Source: a virus
Lineage: Duplodnaviria; Caudoviricetes
Virus record (IMG/VR): IMGVR_UViG_3300049781_000059
Coordinates: 10,199-74,198 of that record
DNA: 64,000 bases
Reading direction: 5' to 3' (one strand)
Shown here: piece after piece, positions 10,401 through 18,500 of the stretch
Position numbering within the stretch: the stretch's first letter is position 1
Layout: each line of letters starts with the position of its first letter
Program-made: the position numbers and the translations under genes
Notes under the pieces: generated by a model
The model's input: the letters and a program-made list of their open reading frames with translations, nothing else
Told to the model about the DNA's origin: nothing
The model's database searches: none

Positions 10401-10651
10401 CGGAGCCCGTCGAGGACTTGGGCGTCGAACCGGGACAGGTCCGGGTCGACACGGACGGACACGGCGGCGGCGTCGAGGCCGCGTTGAATGTTCCGGCGGA
10501 TCTGAGTGCCTGCGTCACGCGTCGCACGGTCCAGGGCGCGTTTGATGCGGAGGCCGACGTCACGGGCGTCAGCGACCGCATCACTGTCGTCGAGCGTGAT
10601 CGTGATGCGCGCGGAGCCGTAGTCCTCGCTGTCACCGGCTGGGGTGGTCAC
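7403..10651 (-). CDS. Tape measure protein
   Basis: 1082 aa Ala/Leu/Gly-rich amphipathic repeats, C-terminal FAEGG...HALVGEAGPEVIIPL; follows the chaperone pair. Confidence 0.93.
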   Translation of the reverse strand: MTTPAGDSEDYGSARITITLDDSDAVADARDVGLRIKRALDRATRDAGTQIRRNIQRGLDAAAVSVRVDPDLSRFDAQVLDGLRGLGSINLPVAPDLTGFVDRIRAALAGEEVSIRVVPDLDDLDRRIRGYRPPDVTVRADVDVDSDRLTRALGGLGGIAGRVAGALQQLLVLGAVGIAAASAASAVGGLVAALAPAAGIVAALPAAVAGAQVAINTLRLAVLGVSDALSAALTGSAEEFQEALDKLAPAAQTAVRAVRELAPELQAVQQAIQQSFFAQFAGQVEGALRNLLPLRTELAALSAEFGKAASEGLKFAASQQALVPLRTIIQGTTQAASGLQAAIVPVAAGLLDIAAAVLEAFGPQVGASIAQIGAEFGTWLSTLAASGQAVEEVRGALDVFRQLGAIASNVGQILSGVFQAANASGGGLLANLQRITGQFAEFVNSAAGQDAIGNIFRTVGTIAQQLGPILSALVQQVGAIAPALMPIFTTIGPAIVGVVNALGPALAAIAPSLSAVAQGLADAFAVIGPSLGPVGEAIGGVITALAPILPLVGQLVASLATVLAPVLQNLVTLFQPIIAALVGALMPVLPPLADAFARVAQALLPLAAALGGALASVITGLAPLLTALADAAIQVVNAFLPLINQIIGALLPILPSLIQVFLALVDAILPLVPPIAEFVASLAPLVGQILSIVAPLLQAAIAFESWLIIQAVVPVISAVVGVLSGLLGFLTGAVTFITNLPTMIVGALSSLGSTISVFFSTLVTTIGTWITTAFTTVITFFTGLPGQILAVLQALPGLLVDLFVQAIAGLAIALLTAIAAVVFIFTELPGRIVSALQSLGAALLGVLSSAFSTATSAISGFLSSAASFFQQLPGRAASAISALPGKITSVVTSAGTQALGAARSFGSSVVSFFSGLPGKIGSALSSVGSKISSAFTSAVGGVQSAVSSLISGIVGLFTGLPGKIIGALGDIGGRIMSSIKSGLPDAVKKYLPFAEGGMVWGPTHALVGEAGPEVIIPLTKPKRARQLVAQSGLMGIIGAEPSGSGSGAQTVTIAPVFNMAAVGDPDATARRVMHRMALAYGM

Positions 10652-10679
10652 CGGGCACCCTCACGAAGTCGTGAATGGT

Positions 10680-10700
10680 GCCCGGCCCAGAACCAGTCGG
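10680..10700 (-). promoter_or_regulatory. Conserved leader element, copy 5
   Basis: GCCCGGCCCAGAACCAGTCGG; 28 nt from the tape-measure start; the nearest -10-like TAATCT lies further away (10732-10737). Confidence 0.75.
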
Positions 10701-10734
10701 CGGCGGCAGCTACTGCGCTGTCGCGATCTCCAGA

Positions 10735-11106
10735 TTATCTGCTACGTGCGCTTCCGAGGCGTGCGTCCTCGTTGGCGACCTGGGACATGAGTGCCTGCGC
10801 GGCGGCAAGGTCAAGGCGCGGCTTGGCCTGCCGTGCCCGGCCCTCACTCGATCTGCTGCCGCGTGCGTGGGGTGGCGGCGCGTACAGTTTCGCCCTGTTG
10901 CGCTGCCGTGCGGTGTCGTCCTCGGCTGCCGCGTCCATGGCGGCTTCGGCCGCGTTCAGCAGACGTTTCAGCGTCCACGTGTGCGGGTCGACGCCTTGGA
11001 GGGCGAGACTCCCGTCGAACGCCTCCCAGCTTGCGGCGAGGCTGTCGCAGATCCGGAAGACGGCATAGTAGGGCGGTTCCCGCCCCCGAACAGTTCGACG
11101 ACCCAT
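10735..11106 (-). CDS. Tail assembly chaperone, frameshift-extended (T-like) frame
   Basis: Minus-1 frame overlapping the 3' part of 10968-11504 (...EPPYYAVFRICDSLAASWEAFDG...); lies between the chaperone and the tape measure; no convincing start of its own. Confidence 0.7.
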   Translation of the reverse strand: MGRRTVRGREPPYYAVFRICDSLAASWEAFDGSLALQGVDPHTWTLKRLLNAAEAAMDAAAEDDTARQRNRAKLYAPPPHARGSRSSEGRARQAKPRLDLAAAQALMSQVANEDARLGSARSR

Positions 11107-11504
11107 TCGAGGAGTTCGACGATCACGCGGCTCGGCAGTCGCAGCGCGTCGACGACGCGTGCGCCTTCGTGCTGGTCGGCGAAGGCGCCCGCCTCGTCGA
11201 AGTCCTGGAAGGAGTCGAGGATCTTGCCGCCTTGGACGACGTCGAGGCGGGTGAAGAACTCGGCGGACTCGGCGAGCATCTGCCGGGCGAGGAACACGCG
11301 CACGGCGCGCATCGTCCGCCGCAGATCGTCCGTGTCGGCAGCGGTCAGGTTCTCCAGGTCGACGCCCTTCGCCTGCTGCGACTGACGCAGTTCGGCGTAG
11401 GCGTCCATGAAGTCGTCGCCGAACACCTCAGGCTCGAACAGGAGCTGGTGTTCGCCGATGGCGGCGACGTGGGGTTCTGTGTTGAGGGCGAACGTCTTCT
11501 GCAC
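10968..11504 (-). CDS. Tail assembly chaperone (G-like)
   Basis: 178 aa, position upstream of the tape measure; ...LLEWVVELFGGGNRPT followed by a low-complexity tail. Confidence 0.78.
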   Translation of the reverse strand: MQKTFALNTEPHVAAIGEHQLLFEPEVFGDDFMDAYAELRQSQQAKGVDLENLTAADTDDLRRTMRAVRVFLARQMLAESAEFFTRLDVVQGGKILDSFQDFDEAGAFADQHEGARVVDALRLPSRVIVELLEWVVELFGGGNRPTMPSSGSATASPQAGRRSTGVSPSKASTRTRGR

Positions 11505-11531
11505 AGGTCTGGTCCCTGTCTCCCGTTCCTC

Positions 11532-11566
11532 GCCCGGCCCACAACCAGCGGCTTGTACGTAGGGTA
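11532..11566 (-). promoter_or_regulatory. Conserved leader element, copy 6, with -10-like TACCCT
   Basis: GCCCGGCCCACAACCAGCGG 11532-11551; AGGGTA 11561-11566; 27 nt from start 11504. Confidence 0.85.
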
Positions 11567-11590
11567 TCTGGCTGGGCCGCTGACCCGGGT

Positions 11591-11968
11591 TCAGCGCCCG
11601 AGTCGCAGGGCGCGCTGCAGGAATGGGTTGGGCCGGGTGCCGGGGTGGCGGACGAGTCGGGTGAAGACGACGTCGCCGCCGACCTGGAAACGGAGGGCCT
11701 TCGCCCGGCGGGGACGGATGAGGTGGGGCCTCGTCCCGTCGATGACGAATCGGACGGCCGGGTGGTCGCAGGTGATGACACCCTGCAGCCCGCGTGGCCC
11801 TTCGGTCACCTGCCAGTCGATGTACTGGCCCATGCTCCCAGGCGCCTCATCCTGCGCGATCCTCGCGACGCGCTCAGTGCGCTGGCTCATCCGCCGGTGG
11901 GCGGCGCCTCCACGAGCGCGTAGCAGGCGTGCGATACGGCCCGGGTCCACGGTCACCTCGACGCTCAC
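11591..11968 (-). CDS. Neck / tail-completion protein (HK97 gp10-like)
   Basis: GTG 11968; VRFVIDGTRPHLIRPRRAKALRF...VRHPGTRPNPFL motif. Confidence 0.75.
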   Translation of the reverse strand: MSVEVTVDPGRIARLLRARGGAAHRRMSQRTERVARIAQDEAPGSMGQYIDWQVTEGPRGLQGVITCDHPAVRFVIDGTRPHLIRPRRAKALRFQVGGDVVFTRLVRHPGTRPNPFLQRALRLGR

Positions 11969-12549
11969 GGTGTCACTCCCTCTTCTGGGCACTTGCAGCC
12001 GGGCAGGGCGACGGTGACGCGCTGCTCCACGCCGACGCAGCCGCCTTCCGGGCCGAGGATGCGGGAGGGGCCGAGGACGAACTTCCGTCCCCGTCGGCTG
12101 GTGCTCGTCGCTGGGAGGCAGCACAGCAGCGCATTCGCGATGACCGCCGTGTCGATGTGGACGGTGCGGGCGGCTGCCGCCTGTTCGTCGCATGATGGCG
12201 GGCAGCCTCGGTCGTCCGGCAGTGGCGCGCACCGCAGCAGCGTGACCACGTATTCGACGGCGGTGACGGGTGGTGGGGTGCAGCCGCGCACGCCCTGCAC
12301 CTCCGCGTCCTGCGCCGGGAAGGTGGACGAGGGGTACATGCGGGCGACGGACACCGACAGCTGGCCGCCGGTCTCCCCCGTACACGGGTCAGCGCACGAG
12401 TCCCAGGCAGGCAGGCCGGGTACGACGCACGCCCGGCAGGGGCAGCCAGGGTAGTCGTCGACCTCGGCGGCGGTTTCGTCGAGTGCAGCGCACACGCAGC
12501 CGAGGATGGCCTGGGCAAGGTCGTGTACGGCGAGGGCCTGCAACGCCAT
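11965..12549 (-). CDS. Cys-rich neck / tail terminator-like protein
   Basis: 194 aa; position in the neck cluster; function inferred from synteny. Confidence 0.6.
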   Translation of the reverse strand: MALQALAVHDLAQAILGCVCAALDETAAEVDDYPGCPCRACVVPGLPAWDSCADPCTGETGGQLSVSVARMYPSSTFPAQDAEVQGVRGCTPPPVTAVEYVVTLLRCAPLPDDRGCPPSCDEQAAAARTVHIDTAVIANALLCCLPATSTSRRGRKFVLGPSRILGPEGGCVGVEQRVTVALPGCKCPEEGVTP

Positions 12550-12558
12550 GAGGGCTCC

Positions 12559-13368
12559 TTACGGCCAGATCTGCGAGCGGGGCCGCCGGTAGTCGGGGCT
12601 GAAGACGCGGCTGGGCGAGGTGAGCCGGTGGGGGTTCGCTGACATGAGCCATAGATCTACGCCGGGCAGGCCGGTGCGCATCTCGGTGTAGAGCAGCGTC
12701 GGGTCTGTGAACTCCTGGTCGACGCCTTGGCGGGAGAGGCGGGTGACGTTCGCGGGCATTTTGCAGCCGCAGGCGCCGCCGCCGTTGCACCCTTTGAGGA
12801 GGTGGCAGACGAGTTCGCTGTAGGCGGCGATCGCGGCGTCGTCCAACGGGAGCCCGATGCGGTAGTGCACGCCGAATGTGCCCGGCTCGCCCAAGGGAGC
12901 GTCGAGTTGCTGGCAGTCGGGCCAGCAGCCGCCGTCGGTACGCACCAGCAGCCCCGGTGAGTCGACGCGGTACGCGGTCTCGGGCAGGGTGACGCCGTCG
13001 ACTTCGACGCCGAGGATGTCGTACACAGGGCCTTCGAGACGGACCTCGCACAGCTCGGTGCAGGAGCAGTCCGAGGCGCAGCCGCACACGGATGCGTTAC
13101 GCCACTGCCCGTCGGAGCCGATATAGGGAATCCACGGTGACCCGTTCGACCAGGACGAGGCGAGCGGCAGGCCGTCGAGGCATCGGCGGCGGCAGGGCCG
13201 CACCGTGTACGGGCAGGAGGGGCCCCAGCGCCGGCCGGACAGGTTGAACAGGATCGTGGTGGCGACCCGCTTCCAGCGTTCCAGGACCGCGTCGTCGGCA
13301 CCCTCGGCCGCGGGGCAACACGAAATATCGAGTGGCCAGGGCTCACAGAGGGGCCGTTGTAGGGCCAC
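12559..13368 (-). CDS. Head-to-tail adaptor-like protein
   Basis: GTG 13368 with AGGAG RBS; LFNLSGRRWGPSCPYTVRPC, LSRQGV and TGLPGVDLWL motifs as in actinophage adaptors. Confidence 0.7.
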   Translation of the reverse strand: MALQRPLCEPWPLDISCCPAAEGADDAVLERWKRVATTILFNLSGRRWGPSCPYTVRPCRRRCLDGLPLASSWSNGSPWIPYIGSDGQWRNASVCGCASDCSCTELCEVRLEGPVYDILGVEVDGVTLPETAYRVDSPGLLVRTDGGCWPDCQQLDAPLGEPGTFGVHYRIGLPLDDAAIAAYSELVCHLLKGCNGGGACGCKMPANVTRLSRQGVDQEFTDPTLLYTEMRTGLPGVDLWLMSANPHRLTSPSRVFSPDYRRPRSQIWP

Positions 13369-13399
13369 GACGTCTCCTAACGGCGGGCGGGGCGGGGGT

Positions 13400-13442
13400 G
13401 TGCGGTGGCCGGACGGGGAACGGGTCCGTGCGGCCACCGCAC
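13400..13442 (-). terminator. Stem-loop after the major tail gene
   Basis: GTGCGGTGGCC (13400-13410) pairs with GGCCACCGCAC (13432-13442). Confidence 0.65.
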
Positions 13443-13469
13443 GATCAGGGGCGCTGACAGCCGGGGCTG

Positions 13470-14156
13470 TTACGGCACCGGGACGGGCACCGCCGCGTAG
13501 TCACACGACGGGACCGGCGGCGGTGTGGTCGTGACGAATGTGCGGCGGTGGCAGGAGCTGTCGAGCGGAGTGAGCATCGGGCCCGGGGTGCCGGCGGCGT
13601 CGGTCGGCTGGACGTTGTAGGGGCCGACGCCCCAGGCACCTCCGGCGCGCGTCGAGCCGGTGATCTGAAGTGTCACCGCCTCCGATCCGATCTCCAGGTC
13701 GCCGAGGAGACCGTTCGTCACCCACGGCAGCAGGAAGTAGATCCACTGTCCTTCGGCGCCTTCGACGCACTCTTCGCCGAGGACTTCCGCCCACAGTTCC
13801 AGGGCGAAGCCGGTGTCGCAGCGGACGCTGCAGGTGTCGAAGCCGATGGGGTTGCCGTCGTAGCCGAGGACGACGGGGTTGCCGGTGAGGATTTCGATCA
13901 GCTCCGGGGACACGCTGTAGACGTTCATCTCCAGGTCGAAGCCTCGGAAGGTGGGGCATCCGCGCTTGAAGCCGCAGACCCTCCCATTCGCCGCCTTGTA
14001 CTCGATGTCTTCGCCTTCGTCGCTGTTGTTGTTCATGGCGAGGCTGGCGAAGCAGTCGAAGACGAAGCCGTTGTCGACGCCGGGGATGGGGTTGCCGCAC
14101 TGGTCGAGCCGGGTGACGCGCATGACGTCGGCGTTGGCTATCAGTGGACAGGACAT
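13470..14156 (-). CDS. Major tail protein
   Basis: MSCPLIANADVMRVTRLDQCGNP; size and position fit an actinophage major tail subunit; has its own leader element and terminator. Confidence 0.8.
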   Translation of the reverse strand: MSCPLIANADVMRVTRLDQCGNPIPGVDNGFVFDCFASLAMNNNSDEGEDIEYKAANGRVCGFKRGCPTFRGFDLEMNVYSVSPELIEILTGNPVVLGYDGNPIGFDTCSVRCDTGFALELWAEVLGEECVEGAEGQWIYFLLPWVTNGLLGDLEIGSEAVTLQITGSTRAGGAWGVGPYNVQPTDAAGTPGPMLTPLDSSCHRRTFVTTTPPPVPSCDYAAVPVPVP

Positions 14157-14182
14157 TGGCCGTAGCTCCTTTGCGTACAGGA

Positions 14183-14215
14183 GCCAGGCCCAAAACCATC
14201 GGCGTAATCAGTCTA
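14183..14215 (-). promoter_or_regulatory. Conserved leader element, copy 7, with -10-like TAGACT
   Basis: GCCAGGCCCAAAACCATCGG 14183-14202; AGTCTA 14210-14215; 26 nt from start 14156. Confidence 0.78.
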
Positions 14216-14313
14216 GCTAGCGGGTGCCGCAACTGGCATGCCGCGTCCGGAGAGGGGCTGGGCGGCGTCTTCACCTTGGGCGTCGCTTGTCGGCACCGTG
14301 GCCTCCTTGACGC

Positions 14314-15438
14314 TCAGTCGGAGATCTTGTGGAGGGACAGTTCGTACTGGTACGGCTGGCTGACGCCGATGTTGTTCGGGATGCCGTTGTAGACCTGGTC
14401 GCCGGTGACGACGTCGCCGACGTTCAGGAGGATCCGCTTCGTGATCGTGTTCGACGTGGCCGTGGGGCCCATCACGAGTGTGGTGGTGCCGTTGATGTCC
14501 TGAGCGTCGTAACCCCACACCATCAGCTCCTGGACCTTGACCGGGGTCCCGTTGACGAGCATCCGGTGATCTGCGTCGATGCTGGCGCTGTGCGTGCCCG
14601 CGGCGGCTCCCGTGGTTTGTACGCCGATGCTGCCGGTCTGCTGGATCTCGTACACGCCGGCTTCCGTTGCGGTGAACGTCTGGACTCCGTCGGCCCACTG
14701 GGGTGAGAGGCGGGCGCCCACGTTGAAGGTGTCCGCCGGTCCTTCCGTCACGTCGATGTCGACGCTGCGGCCGGTGCCTACCGGCGCCGGGCCGCTCCCG
14801 GCCACTGGCGCCACCACAGTCGTGTCGGGCTCAGCGATCGAGTGGACCACGTATGGGTCGCTGGCCGTGCCGGTACCTGTCACGGTCGCTGTAGTGCCGT
14901 CGCCCTGAACGATGGTCGCCGTGCCGCCGCCGGAGCTGGTCGCGTATAGGCGGCCGTCGCTGCCGACGGTCAGCGCGTTACCCGCGTCCGCGGACGGGGC
15001 GACGAGGAGGCCTGTGCCGGCCGCTTCCAGGCCGTTCGGTTCCGGCGCCACGATGACGTCCGCCGTGATCGGGCTGCCGCTCGTGCCGTCACCCGACAGG
15101 TTCACGGTTGGCGTGTCGTTGGCGACGATCGGTGCCACGCCCGCGGGGACACTGAGGACCGCAGCGGTGATCGGGTTGGCGGGCGTACCGTCGCCGGACA
15201 GGTCGACCGTCGGCGTGTCCTGCGTCGCTACCGCCGTCAGACCGCTCCCGCCGCCGCCCGTACCCGGAATCCATGCGGTCCCGTTCCAGACGAGCGTGTT
15301 ACCCGCTGCCGGCGGGGTCGTGCCAGTGTCGACGTCCCCCAGCGCGTTGATCGAGCAGCCGCCGAGCTGTGTACATGCGAACGTGCCGCCGCTGGCCGTA
15401 CCCGAGCCACCGCAGCAACCCCAAGCTTTGGCCCCCAT
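14314..15438 (-). CDS. Gly/Thr-rich structural (fibre or decoration-like) protein
   Basis: MGAKAWGCCGG...; repeats DTPTVxLSGDGTxxxPITA; beta-rich C-terminal domain. Confidence 0.62.
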   Translation of the reverse strand: MGAKAWGCCGGSGTASGGTFACTQLGGCSINALGDVDTGTTPPAAGNTLVWNGTAWIPGTGGGGSGLTAVATQDTPTVDLSGDGTPANPITAAVLSVPAGVAPIVANDTPTVNLSGDGTSGSPITADVIVAPEPNGLEAAGTGLLVAPSADAGNALTVGSDGRLYATSSGGGTATIVQGDGTTATVTGTGTASDPYVVHSIAEPDTTVVAPVAGSGPAPVGTGRSVDIDVTEGPADTFNVGARLSPQWADGVQTFTATEAGVYEIQQTGSIGVQTTGAAAGTHSASIDADHRMLVNGTPVKVQELMVWGYDAQDINGTTTLVMGPTATSNTITKRILLNVGDVVTGDQVYNGIPNNIGVSQPYQYELSLHKISD

Positions 15439-15463
15439 GGGGCTACCTCCTTTGTCGTGGTCT

Positions 15464-15501
15464 TGGGTAGCGGCGCGGCCGACGAGCCGCGCCGCTACCC
15501 A
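15464..15501 (-). terminator. Perfect 16-bp stem-loop
   Basis: TGGGTAGCGGCGCGGC-cgacga-GCCGCGCCGCTACCCA. Confidence 0.75.
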
Positions 15502-15508
15502 CAGCCCG

Positions 15509-18500
15509 TTACGCGCTGGCGCAGCTGCGCACGGTGCCGAGGGGCGTGTAGTCGTTGCCTTGCAGGTCGGTGTCCCTGGTCACGACCGTCCCGTCCAGGT
15601 CCTGCACCCAGCGGATGAACGTGCCCGCGTCATCGCAGAGGGTGATGGGCTGTTCCTGCTTGCACGGGATGATCCGGGTCCCGTCGGGCAACGTGTCGTG
15701 CCGGTTCTCGAACTGGTCCAGGTAGTAGACGTCCCCGGAGCAGCAGACCATCTTCGTCCAGCTGGCCTGCCCTGGGACGGCGTAGGTGAGGATGAAGTGC
15801 GCGATCACGCCCGCACCGTTGCTGGCGTCCGGCTGCGAGGCGTTCTCATTTACCTCGAAGTACAGGAAGTTCTCACCAGCGACGGCGCCCGTGAGGGGGA
15901 CTGGGGCCTGCTTGTACGGTGTCGCCGTCGAGTAGAAGCCGCCGCCGTTCACCCAATCACCGTCGTTGATGCGGTAACGCACCGGCACTTGGTCGGCGTT
16001 CAACGTGGTGATTTCCATCTTGACCGTGCTCAGGTCGGCGGCGGCCGGGATCGTGAACGACGACCGGGCCCACCAGTTCGATGGGTTCGCGATCTGCGGG
16101 CCCTCGCCCGGCAGGCCCGTGCTGACGACCATGGCACCCGCGTGGGGGGCTATCCATCCGGCCGTGGGCGAGTTGGGTTGGCCGTTGTTGCGGGTCGCAG
16201 AGTCCGCGGTCTGCCAGGCAGTGCCGGGGTACTTCTTGTTGTACATCGGGTACCAGGTGGTGACCGCAGACGGGTCGCTGCCTCCGCCCGAGGGTGCCCA
16301 CGTGAAGGTGTCCGCCTCCGTCCCGTCGTCCCGCTTTTCCGGGTTGGACACGAACTGGACTTCGCCGGTCGCGCGCGGCGTGACGCAGATCTGTACCGGT
16401 TCGCAGCACGGCTCGGGTTGGCACAGTACGGCCGCGCCGCGTGGGGTGTAGCTGGTGGCCCCGTCCATCAGGGTGTCGATGACGGCCGTGACCGACCCGT
16501 CACACCCGTGGCAGATGCGCCGCATGAATTGGCCCGGGGGCGTCATCTCGATGGCACCCAGCCACAGAGTGCGCTGTACCCCGCAGACGTCGTGCGTGGC
16601 CGTACCAAGCCAGTCCACGATGACCGATGTGGTGAGGCTGGTGGTGCGCAGCCGTGCGGCCCGCAGCCGGGTCGGGTTGGCCATGTCCGCGCAGATGTTC
16701 GCCTGGTCCTGCTGCGCCGTGACACACAACAGGCCGGTCACTGGGTCGAACGTGTATCCGCTGGGCAGCTCGACCGGTTCCACCGTGGTCGGAAGCTGGA
16801 CGCAGTTGCCGGTGGCGCCCGGCGTGTCGTCGTAGGCCAGGTGGATGCTGAACTCGATCGTCACCGGGACGGACGCGCCGATGGTGTACGCAGTACCCAC
16901 CGTGTTCGGCGCAGGCTCGCCGTTGCCCCACCACGCGCCGTCAGCGTTGGCGATCTTGCTCTGCACCGCCCCCGCCGGACCTGCCGCGTCCCCGCGCACG
17001 GTGTAGACCACGCCGTTGCTGAGTGTCTGTGTGGACGCGTTCAGGATACGGATGGTGGCCGGATCGTCCCCACCGTCGTCGCACAGGACGATCGTTTCGC
17101 AGTCGCTGCACGACGACGTGTCGGGGCACAGGCCGACCACGCCCGACGGGGTGTAGACGGCCGAGCCGTCGAGGGTGGTGTCCCGGACGGACGTCACCTC
17201 ACCGTCACAGTCCCGGCAGATGGTCCGCAGGAAAGGCACCGACGGCACCGTGCTGATCGAACCGGTCCACGATGTGCGGAACGAGCCCTGGAAGGCGTAA
17301 CGGCCGCCGAGCCACGTTGTGGTGAACTCGGACACCGGCCCCAGAGTCCGGAAGCGCGGCGAGTGGGCCAGATCGGGGCTCGCCATGAGAGCCGTCTGTT
17401 GTGCCACCGTGAGGCCGTGGTCTGGGCCCACGGTGACGCGGGACGTGGCGGCGTCGAACGTCCAGCCGGGCGGCAGGAAGACCGGCGTGACGTTCGGCGG
17501 AAGCTGCATCGTGTTGGCGGTCGGACTGGACGCCTGGTAGATGAAGAACACACTGAACTCGGTGACGGTGGGACGAGCCAACGTGAACCGATACGGAAGA
17601 ACCTGTGTCAGCGGGAACGACTCGGGGTTGCCCCACCAGGCACCGTCGGTGTTGCTGATTTCCGACGTGACGGGCGAGCCGAACGAGGACGTAGCGCCAC
17701 TGGTCGATGTCCATCCGATGCCGTTGGACATGGTGCCGCTGCTGACGTTCGCGCCGTAGATCGTGGCCTCGTCGTCGGACTGGCCGTCGCACAGGATCTG
17801 CGACTCGCAGTCGCCGCAGTCTCTTGCCGTCGGGCAGTTGCCGACCGTGCCGAGTACCTGGTACGCCGTGACACCGTCCGGCAGGTAGTCGAGCGTGGTG
17901 TCCGGCAGTCCGTCGCAGCCGTAGGTGATGGCGCGCACGAACGGAACGACTGTGATCAGCGTGGACGTCACCGTCTCAGGACGCACGAGAAGGTCACGCG
18001 TGGTCCCGGCATTCGTTGTCCAGTCGGAGACGCGAATGGTGACCGTGCCGGACGACGGCGCCGTGAACGCGAGCGGCGCCCGGAATCCCAGCGGCCCACT
18101 CGCAGTACTGCCGTTGGACAGGTTCTCGATACGGCTGGCGATGACGGCACTACCGTCAAGGATCTCCAGCAGGTACATGGCCTCAGGCAGCGGCGTGACG
18201 CCCCCGCCGTTACCGTTCCACCCGGCCTGATAGTTGAACTCATACGGCTGGCCCGGCACCACACTGGACACGGTTCCCGTGGCCACACCGTTGACCGGCG
18301 TCTGCCCCTCGGAGAAGACGAGCGTGCCGCTGCTGTTGTAGACGCTGCCCGTCAGCGTGAAGCCGCCGCCCGGTGTGGGGATCGGTGGCTGCTGCGGCGG
18401 GACCGTGTCGCACAGTTCGATCAGTTCCGTGTCGCCGCAGTCGGGCTCGGCCGGGCAGTCGATCGGGTTGGCCGGGATGTAGGGCTGCGTGAAGTCCCCG

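Noticed and set aside
16532-17785. Paralogous inserts as a diversity-generating retroelement template/variable pair
   Set aside because: They differ throughout rather than only at adenines, both are in frame in one gene, and no reverse transcriptase is seen.
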